Assembly: GCF_009914755.1 (NCBI RefSeq)
Contig: NC_060925.1
DNA length: 64,000 nt
Reading direction: 5' to 3' (one strand)
Source of the DNA: the human T2T-CHM13v2.0 reference genome, Homo sapiens
Part shown: positions 52,349 through 64,000 of the stretch, piece after piece
Layout of the letters: each line of letters begins with the position of its first letter
Numbering within the stretch: position 1 is the stretch's first letter
Program-made: the position numbers and the translations under genes
Notes under the pieces: model-generated
Told to the model about the DNA's origin: nothing
Seen by the model: the letters and a program-made list of their open reading frames with translations, nothing else
Database searches by the model: none

Positions 52349-53246
52349 GTTGAAGATGCTGGCATAGATGCTTGGATGATTCTCTCTTCTGCCACCACAT
52401 CTCACAGTGTATGGTGAATTCTCAAAATAATGTTCTTAAGAAATACTGATATAATTTTATATGTCCCAAAAAGATATATGGAAAGTTTGTTCTTTTTCTT
52501 TTCTCTGAGGGAAAAAAATTACAACCCTACTGGTTCTCAAGACAACCTTGTAAGATGAGTGTTATCTCCATTTTACAGATGAGGAAAGAAAGCTGTAGTT
52601 GAACCAGAAACAAACTTAAATTTTCTGTTGAAATCCTTCACTCTGCACTACAAAATGCTGTACCTCAAAGATTTAATATCAATATTTTATAGCAGCCAAC
52701 TTAATATGTCAACTGTAGACATACGTATGTTTAACACTTTAATCTTCTAAAGATTTTTTTATTCTTTAATTTTCTTAAACAACTGTATACTCAGTAAGTG
52801 CCATGATGTACCTGTCTTGACTATTTGACCCCAAAATAACAAAACTGTGACCAAATTAAAATAAAAACAAAAAAGGTAACTTAGTCCTTCATAAATGCCC
52901 AAGAACAAAGAATAATAGTGTTGAAAAGTCAAAATTACAGAGCAACTTAAAAAATACTAAGATTATTTATATCATAGGATAATAAAACATACTAAGATTA
53001 TTTATATCATAGTTACTCCCTAATTGGTACAGAATTAGAGTCTTCTAATAAGGAGAAGCTGACTTATTTCACACCATGGAAAACTGGAGCTAGATATTAG
53101 AACTTCCTGGCCAAATAGTTGCTGTCATTAATTAACTGTATTAAAATGTATAATTAATATAAATTAATTAACTCACTGTGCCTCAGTCATCTGTTAAATA
53201 AAATGGGGTACTAATACCTATCCTATCTAATGTACAGAAATGTTGA

Positions 53247-53672
<426 letters not shown>

Positions 53673-54605
53673 TAAAATCTGCATCTGATTTTGTAATACA
53701 AATCCAAACTTACCTGGAATACTCACAAAAAGTTATTCAATTTGTGAGATTTGTTGTGATTTGTGTTTGTTTAAGCACTTTAGTAATGTAGTCTGAGTTT
53801 TACCAATCTTTCATCAATTTACACAATGTTATACCAAATGATTTCCTTAATTCTCAGTACCTGAGATTAAGAGGTTATGCTAGGTGTTTATAGCAGTTTT
53901 AATTCAGTCAACACACAGATCTTCTATGAGTATCTTTGAAGCACAAGGCATGGTGCTAGCTGTGATAATGAGGTCTTTTTCCAAAGGAAAATGTGGTGAA
54001 TTTCAGGGAAGGTCAAAATAGCCATGCTAAGAATTAAGGTTGTGTGGAAGTTATGCAAGAAACTAACGAGGTTAGAGCCCTCCATCAGATTCCATGTGGA
54101 TAACAATTAATTTAACACAGGTCAGGGGAAAATGTGGAGACAACTTCTAAAACTGCTTAGCTACATTCAACCATCTTAGCCACTAAACACAAGGAAAATA
54201 AGACAAGATCAAGATAGTGTGAAACCTATCTGTCACTACTTCTGGAAATAAAAATGACTACTATGAATAAAGGCATAGTCTCAACCAAGAGCCATGGAAA
54301 CTTCTCTGTGGAGTTCCTTTAACAATCCACGGTATGAACACTTCTCAGCCTCAGTAGCTGCTGGCCACACCCTAGAGACTTAAGCCCCTGTCCCCTCCGT
54401 TTGCCCCTAAGATGTTGACAGTTCATCTGTTCAGTTTCCAGAAGGGAATTAGACATGGCAGGGATATTTATTGTTCTTATCCAATGCTCAGTAGGAATTA
54501 TTGAGGGAAAACGGGAAAGGAAAAATTAGTGCAATCCATCTCATGAAACACTTGGCCAATGTTACATATTAGCTAACTAGTTAGATGTATAAGATTGCAA
54601 GTTTT

Positions 54606-54989
<384 letters not shown>

Positions 54990-57900
54990 TCACAAACCAA
55001 ACAGTAAGCAACGGTGAGTATAGAGGCATTAACTTTTCAGATTAAAAAAACAATATGATGGTTTCGATAGTAAGAAATAAACTAACGGGGTGTCAGAGAA
55101 AGAAATGGAAATGAAGTAAGGAGTTTGGTTTCATCACTTCAGAAACCTCTATCGAAGAGATGCCTCTCTCCAGTGTCTAAGGAACCAAAGCGTCTGTGCC
55201 TCAGGTAACTGAGCTTTAGGAAAAACAATCTCTTGAAAAATGGCGACTTTCATCCTAGCCTACGCCCACATGTACATATTTCTCTCCACTCTCCAAATTT
55301 TGGCTGACAGATTAGCCAGTTCAGGTTATAATGCTGACTGATGTTGTGAACTTTATTCATTCATCTATCTTTCTATCCCTGGAACCTCACGAGGCTGAGG
55401 GCTGCGTGCTGAGGCCATCGCCAGCACGTACATAAGGTCATCTGCTTATTTACCTGCATTGCTGTATCAAATATGCTGTCACATTTAAACTATAGAGCTA
55501 CTAAAATATCTGCCACAAGAAAACAAATAATGATAGCCAAATGATGGTGTGTGATTGGTTGATTGTACTGAGTACAGGGGGTTGTTACCTAGTAGTTTTA
55601 TTAAATATGAAAGCAAAAGATTTATATTATGGGTGATAAGGGCAAGAATGCTGTAAAAGTGAGAAAATATGGCAACAGTGTGCTGTACATCACCAATGGG
55701 ATAACTATTTATCTAAAAAGTTGGCATTCTTAGACTTCCAACATGCAGTGTATGAAATTCATATATTCAAAGGAGACATCATAATAACCTGCCGGCTGGT
55801 AATGATGGATATGTTTTTAAACCAAATGACCACAATCTTCAGTCTACCTGTCATGGAGGGCCAGAAAAAAATGGAATTTTCTTTTCATAACTCTTGATGT
55901 TGAAAGAGGAAAAACCTGGAAGAATGATAAGTGGCTCATTCCAATGGACAAATGGACATGGAGCTGAGAGAATGGGTGTGAATAAGTCATTGTTCCTTAA
56001 CTAATGCCATTTTCACTTGTTACACTGAAAAAAAAAATGGAACGAGGGATGATTTCTGCCCCCTTCATGTCTAAAATGCAGGAGTTCAAACTGCAACAAA
56101 AGCTGGAAAACCTTCAACACCATGTGAGTTAATTTACAAATTACCTCTTGCTGAAAAAGTCAGGGAGAGGCTGGCATAATATTTGTCTATTAACTAAAAC
56201 TTATTGTACAAACACAGCAAGAAGAGTGATGCTGTAGAGCTTTATTGACTAGAAAGCCTCGCCTATGGATTTCCTCCTTTGAGGTTTAAAGGAATTCCTA
56301 TTTCTCATTTACAGTCTATCAGAAAAGGTATATGACCTGCATTTTTTAATTTATATAAATCCACTCAGTCAATCAGCCTGGGCTGAAATTTAATGGATGT
56401 ATCAGTCATCGTTGGTCCAGAGAGAGAGAACGAAGCACCAACATCTACTACCTCATCTCCGCTGCTTCTATTATACTCCCCGCAGCCCCGCACCTTTTTT
56501 TTTTTTAACCTCACTAGCTTAGATACCTCGCTTAACTATTAAGCGGGGAGTCTTGCAAAGTTGTTGCTTTTAAAGAGGGAAGTCTGAGTAAAAATGAGCT
56601 GATGGAAATATAGGAAGACTCTGGCTATTTTCACTTTTAAAAAACTTCATTTTCCCACCTGTATCATGGCAATATTATCACACATTCAGCAAATATACAG
56701 TAGCAAGATGTTTCCGTGACAAATTAAGTACTTTCTAAGCATTTTATCAGATAAATAAAACATCACCACAGGATGATAAAATCAGCTCATTCAGTTGATT
56801 TAACCTGTCCTTCAAGAAACTCACCTGAAATAGATTAAGGACCACCTCTCAGACACACACATACACAAACACACACACTTACGCACTCATTTGCTCACTC
56901 TTAAACATATAAGCTGGACTCTCGTACTACTGGTAACAAGGTTCGTAAAGGCCTCCTAACATCAGAGCCAGATAGTACTGTTTACTGGATTAGTATGAAA
57001 GATGGTATTCCTATGCATTTCAAAAGATAGGAGAAACTGAAGATGAGAACCTCTTCAAATATCTTTAATCTCAGTGTAATCTGCTAGAGTCTACACTTTC
57101 TCCTTTAGTACCCTTAGTAGGTGACTTATAGTTTTATTTTGACATTTCCTTTAATATCAGAAAATATTATATTTTCATAGTCGTATTCTTACCCTAACAC
57201 TCTAGGCAGAGAAGAAACCAGTGAGTGGTTAGGTTTCTGTCTTTACTTTGCTTTCCCCCTTTGCTAATTTCAGAAAGTGAATCCAGCAGTTATAAGTAGT
57301 GTGAGGCTGATAAGGAGTCACACATGCAAGAGAAATAGGTTCAATTCAAGCTTCCCTGACTAATCCTTATTATGACTCATTTCGACTTCAGAATTTGTCG
57401 GTTGAGGTAAGAAGCTAATTTGGCTTTGAGAAGTAAAATCTCAGTTTTGTACTTTCCTTCTAGTGCTATTAACAACCCCATTATTAAGAGCAAGTTTGCG
57501 GAGTTTGGGGGGGTATGAAATATTTATTGAGTGCCTGCTTTTGCCAAGCATTTTTTGCATGCTATTTTATGAAATCGCTAGACTTAACATCCTTTAAGCA
57601 GTAGCATAAATTTCTCTGGCTTTCAAACTCATAGTCTGCACCACACTATCTTGCTTCCCAAAATAAAGTGCATTATTTTTAAAACCTGCACCCAATATCA
57701 TCCTTACTGTATGACCCTGAGATTAACAGTCTGACATTCTGTGAGATCCTGTCAGGAAACGGTAGCAGAAAGGACCTGATAGATTTCTCTTAACTGCTTC
57801 GTTCCTCTATGCACAGATGCTGCTCCTTCTGTTTGCATTCATCAGCAGACCTGTCTCCTCTCTCGCCAGGGGTTCTCTCCTGCAAATACAACTAGGTTTT

Positions 57901-58837
57901 AATCTATATGTTTTAAGAAAACAAAGGAATCTGGCATTATGCCTGGACCAGCTGTGACATCCCAAAACAAAAGATCACCAGGCCATGCTGACTGTCTTCA
58001 GTGCTTAAGTAAATACCACCCTATTTATTAGCCTTGCTTTGGGGAAACCCCAAATGGTCACCTTACCTCCTGACTTATGAATCCATAAAAATGCCCATGA
58101 TTTATTATTGCATCTCCCTTCTTCCCTATGAATTTGATAATGAAGTTCTTTATGGGAGGCTATTAAGAAGCAACATGGATGCTACTATTTGCTACTTATC
58201 CCATATAATTAAAAACACCATAACTGCTATTAGAGAGCAGTATTTAAAGTAGCCAGACTATCATAAATATGGCTGATTTGACTAAACTGTCAATGGCAAA
58301 TTTCAAGAAGAACCACTAAAAGGAGATTTACTTTTGAAATATATATTACAAAAAGGCTTTTATTCACATTTGTTTTATTTATGTTTTGGTTCTAATGAAA
58401 TCACTAGACTTACCAATTTGCTAGATAATTATAAAGTCAGAATTCTTAAAAGCAAGTAGTTATCGCTAATTAATTTTCTTCTGGGTATCTCCTTGACAAA
58501 TTATAATATCTCCCTTTTAAAATTTCTTACATATAGTTAGACCATAGCTTTCTTTAAAAGGTGACATTTATTCCTTTAAATAACACCTTTGATGAAAACG
58601 CTGATCAAATAAAAATAAAATTAACATCCAGATTATAGATTCTCTAGTCTTATGAGAGAGGGTGAAGAAAGAAATCTATAAGAGGCCAAAAAGAGACATT
58701 CACAGCCAGTAGGCTGTGCTGATTCATGCTCATTTACTAAGTTTCAGTTCCCATTTTATGAAAATAAACCCACTCTAGACTTCCCCCAACAAAACAAATA
58801 CATGTTTTATGTGATCTTAGGATAAAGTAAGTTATTA

Positions 58838-59238
<401 letters not shown>

Positions 59239-59575
59239 CTAGTCCTGTCCGTATTCGATCAGAGAAATTCTAATACCCTAACAGCAGAATAAAAAAGGAA
59301 AGAAAAGAGTGCTCAGGAGGATTCTTGCCAGTATATCTTAAATTTTAAAAAAATAATAATAAATCAGCACTGTGAGTTGTGGTGAATACAAACCAATCAA
59401 GGCAATGAGAAAAAAGCTTAAGTATTCTTGTATAGATGCAGTTAAAAGATTTTTTAAACATTTAATTACTTTGTTTATCTAAGGAGTCTCAAGATATCTA
59501 TAGATGTTCCCTGAAGTTGTCAAATAAATACTGAGCCAACTACTGTTCTTGCAGTTAACCAACAACTAACATGTG

Positions 59576-59780
59576 CAGGGGTGTCCAAGCTTTTGGCTTT
59601 CCTGGGTCACATAGGAAAAAGAATTGTCTTGGGCCACATATGAAATACACTAACACTATGATAACTGATGATCTTTAAAAAAAAATCACACATAAAAATC
59701 TTATAATGTTTTAAGAAAGTTTACTCATCTGTGTTGGGCCGCATTCAAAGCCGTCCTGGGCCATATGTTGGAAAAGCTTG
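59576..59780. mobile_element. MER30 hAT-Charlie MITE
   Basis: caggggtgtccaagcttttggc...gaattgtcttgggccaca...gcattcaaagccgtcctgggcc...aagcttg. Confidence 0.85.
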
Positions 59781-60031
59781 ATAAAGGTTACCTTTAATTA
59801 AGTTTTGTCTCTGTCAACTTTGTCCTTCTTTGCCTGTCTAGAGTAGCAAACAGTGTTCCAGTGACTCTGTGAGAAGTAGCCTGATTTTCAGGAAAAGGTA
59901 ATTTAAGAATAAGTGAAGGTCTTTGTTACTAATTCTGTATAAATGTAATTTTTTTTTTGCTTTTTTTTTTAAGTGCAAGGAAAAAATAGACAATGGCTTT
60001 TTTTAATGGCATGTTTTCAAAGCTGGATAGA

Positions 60032-60093
60032 TGTGTGTGTGTGTGTGTGTGTGTATGTTTGTGTGTGTATGTTTCTGTGTGTTTGTGTGTGTG
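60032..60093 (+). repeat. Imperfect (TG)n microsatellite
   Basis: tgtgtgtg...gtgtatgtttgtgtgtgtatg... Confidence 0.9.
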
Positions 60094-60601
60094 CAGGAGT
60101 GGGATTTTTGTTGAATGTGGGGGTGGGAAGAGAGAGAGCTGGGATGCCAAAGGAGGAAGTGTAGAGCCAAAAAAGAATGGGTGAATGGGGGATAAACTTC
60201 AGTCTTGCCTAACTCACCTGAATTTTATTGACGGCCCTTAAATTTTACAGAGTTGCTTGATGTAAGGAAAATATCTCATTTTATTTGGTGCTGGAAAATG
60301 GTTTTAAATGCAGGTAAAAAGGAATCAATCACCTCAAAGTCTTTTTGGGAAAAGGCTGGGTATAAATAAATTTTCTTGAAGTAAAAAGTATTGAAAAAAT
60401 ATAAAAAGGATTACTGGTTACCTTTTGAGTTAGCAATGTGATTCATTTTCATGTGTGTTCCGTTCCCCATATAGACCTTGCTTATTTAAATGAAGGCTAG
60501 CACTTCACTGGCTCAAAAACAGCAGATCTTTTAAATTTACTTTGGAACTGAATTGAGTCAAGTGGGATACTGTTAACTAACCCTAAACATCTAGTAAATT
60601 C

Positions 60602-61032
<431 letters not shown>

Positions 61033-63728
61033 TTAACAAATAAGATATAATAAGATATAATCACTAGATATAACATATAATATTATCCACACGTATATGT
61101 CTATGTTAATCTATAATGTAAAAATTGGAGGAGTAGATTTTTTTTAAATCATAATTTAAATAAAACCCCCTACCCACAGCCCAAAATGATACTGTGTTCT
61201 GAATGATTCTGAGGAAGAAAAATAGGAAAATTTGATTCAAGTCTGGAAGCTACCAATTCCATTCACAGTTCTAAACTTTGATTTACAATTTATAATCATT
61301 TTTATATAAATTAGCTCTTCCTAGACCACAATGACACTACAGCTTTGTAAACTTATCTTGTTAGATACAAAAGATACCAGTAAGTCTTTAAAAATAGTAT
61401 GTTTAAACTTTCCTGATTGCAACAGTGTCTATTTCAGTATAAATGACTTGTTTGACTCTAGTTTACAATCGCTTTAAGTATTTCTCTTTTGGGCTAATCA
61501 AGTAGGTACCTGTCCATGTGGTTTATCTAGGCACAAAACACACAGTTACATAGAGATTTACACGTTTTAAGACTTTCATTTAATAGTTAGTATATATTAA
61601 TATATATGCAAAATCCAAAACAATGCTTTGTACATGGTAGCCAACTAAAATATTCTGAATGGCCACATAAACGAATATAATTGACATAGAAATTATTTTC
61701 TATTTTTTTATATCTAGTAAGGAAAAAAAGGACACAATCTGTGTAAATTATTCACTAAAAAGTCAAATGTGTTATCCCCACTATAAAAAAATCTGTTTCC
61801 AAAAGGACACACAGTTGTTTTATTTTGCTAAATCAATACCCAAAAATATTACTTTTCTTCAGTTACACTTCCGTTGAAAGTCCCAAAGATTCCCTACCTG
61901 GAATTGCCCATATTTGAAGTGCAAAACAGGCTGAGCATTATCTAAATCTAGATAAAACTCATTGGTTTGTAATCTGCACAATGATCTATACATCTAAATC
62001 TATATGCAAATCGAATGCTTTCATGCATTAAAGCATTCCAAAGCACCCAGGACCAAGGGAGCAGCAGGTTCTTTCAGATCCTTCCCCTGTTACTCTTCTT
62101 CTTTCCTTCTATTTATTTATACTAGCTACCTAAATAATTCACACTGCCTGCTTTTCAGCCCGAATGTTCCTCAGAAGAGGCCTACAATGAGCTATTGCAG
62201 TCACCAGATGGACTCATGAATGCAGCAGGTGGGGCAGATGGCAAGGCGCCCTGTCTGATGCTGCCTGCCTGGGCATGGACTGCCTTTTCCTTCCAGGTAC
62301 ATTATCATCATCCTAACACTGAGCGGTGTGTAGTTTGGGGGTGGGGTGGAAGTGGGGCATTGGCAAATCCTTTACATGCAATACTAAAGAAATCATAAAT
62401 TACCAGCTGCCCTCTTCCTCCTCGTCCCCCACCCCCAGCAACCCCTGATGTTTCATGTTGTTGCTTTGTTAGTGAGTTTGTCTTTTTTAAGACTACGGTG
62501 AAGGTTTCCGAAGCATTCTGGCACTATACATGACGAAGAATGCATCCATTTTAAACAGTCCACCTCAGCTTTAAAAAGTGAAGAGAATTCAAAGGGAGTG
62601 ATATGGGAAAACTCAGAAAGACTATGGCGGGGGTGGGGGGCTGGATAAAGCATGTTCACAAATATTTTGCAAAAAAACCCACAAACGAAGCAAAAACATA
62701 GGTGAGATGACTCAGCTCATGTCTGCAGTGCTTACATAAAGGTCCTTTGCATATATGGAGTGGAAAAGATAAAAACCATATGTTTACAGCCTTTTGATGT
62801 TGCAGAAAATGCTGGCTGTGCCCACGTTGCAATAGTTCTTTGTCTGATATTTCTGGTGTCATTTCTAAAAGTGTGGCATTTCCCTTCCAAAGTTTGCAAT
62901 CCTGTAATACTATAACACACAAAAAAACTGCATTGCATGTCACTTGCAATTGGAAACTTACAACATCATGATGCCAAGCTATCCTGAGACAAGCGCTCAG
63001 TAACATGTAGTATAAATTTTAATTGAGCATAAACACTTGACAAAAACTCTCTCGAGATATTTCTGGCATATTCCGATTGGCAATGGTGCCCTGATACCAT
63101 GATTTTAATCCTTCTATAAACTTAACTGATGACAATATAAATCTTATTACCTAACTTCACTAATCATCTAATTAAAAACATCTAAAAATGTGAAACACAA
63201 TAATTTTAATGACCTGGAGCAAACCAATCTGTATCTTCAAAAATAAATAAATAAAACTCCTAAATAAAATGCATCCACTGAAGAGATGCTGCAAACAGAG
63301 AACTGCTTTGAATTCAATCTTTGAGTCCTCAGGCAAATTGAAATCCCAGGCTTTTGGGAACTACCAGGCAGTGTTGCAGGAATGCTGGACAAAGACAATA
63401 GCTGTGAGATTATCTCAAGATTAAGGGCAAGGTTTTCTTATAAAAACTACTTTTCAATAGTCATTTACTTTGATTGGAATGAGTTTACTAATTCAAACCT
63501 TTCCCTCAAAGTCAAACAACATAAACCTTCTAGAGTTCAAACAAATCCTTCTTACCTTCTCTGCTACCTGGGAAATATACTGTCTTACATGATCTTTAAA
63601 AGCATTTTTTTTTCTTTTCATTAATCAGTCTAAAAAAATCAAACCATATACAAGTAACGTTGAGCATTTTAAGATTTAATGGCAACTTTAGTGATCAAGT
63701 CTTCACAAAGAAAAATAATCGGGCCCAC

Positions 63729-63799
63729 CTTTTAGCTGAAGGAACACAGGCCAGATCAGACTTGACTGCTCCAAGACCCCAATCACATTCTCGCCACAT
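63729..63799 (-). CDS. ESRRG: ESRRG alternative 5' coding exon (coding part) giving N-terminus MWRECDWGLGAVKSDLACVPSAK(R); whole exon probably 63856-63729
   Basis: ATG at 63799, 23 codons plus AG, then donor AAG|gtgggc. The phase-2 end joins G of the 416-bp exon to give ...[13 protein letters not shown]. Upstream acceptor ttttggctttttag|AAC at 63857/63856. The peptide matches my recollection of a catalogued ERRgamma isoform N-terminus (not verified by search). Confidence 0.85.
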
Positions 63800-64000
63800 T
63801 CAGGATCTAAATGCACAATTCCTAATTACATTCATGATGGGAACTTTACATCAGTTCTAAAAAGCCAAAACCAGAAAGTTAGGGTGAAAGTTGCAATTTG
63901 CTGAAGTTTTATGTAAAACTACAGCTACTTAAGTCCTGAATTTATTTTATGAAGACTGACTCCTTTTTACATTGGAGACTTAGGTATGAAAAATCCCATT

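Noticed and set aside
62336-62445. G-quadruplex-like G and C runs
   Set aside because: Only three tracts of three or more G per strand, so it does not meet the canonical four-tract pattern.

Overview
Human (primate) genomic DNA lying entirely inside the ESRRG gene (estrogen-related receptor gamma, NR3B3), transcribed on the minus strand. Two constitutive coding exons can be read with exact splice sites. The 416-bp exon at 33860-33445 encodes AF-1 with the [12 protein letters not shown] motif and the first C4 zinc finger, and carries the MSNKD start codon. The 117-bp exon at 7457-7341 encodes the second zinc finger and was missed by the ORF track. A third, alternative 5' coding exon at 63856-63729 encodes an N-terminus (MWRECDWGLGAVKSDLACVPSAK-R) that splices in frame to the 416-bp exon. 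The rest is intron with 16 Alus plus one FLAM, L1/L2/MIR fragments, DNA-transposon fossils (Tigger3, MER44, MER2, MER5, MER58, MER30, MER115) and microsatellites. The most notable unexplained signals are: (1) a candidate intronic terminal exon with acceptor, in-frame basic tail, stop, UGUA, AATAAA and U-rich element, which would give an LBD-less one-finger ERRgamma; (2) a 159-bp, ~92%-identical inverted duplication of a Tigger3 end plus its flank; (3) a CpG-rich patch with minus-strand donors 1.5 kb upstream of the 416-bp exon; (4) a 155-nt AG-exclusion zone and tandem acceptor at that exon; (5) several candidate 5' cassette exons carrying uORFs. Repeat family names are from recognition of consensus sequence by eye, and their boundaries are approximate. 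No prokaryotic systems or CRISPR are present.
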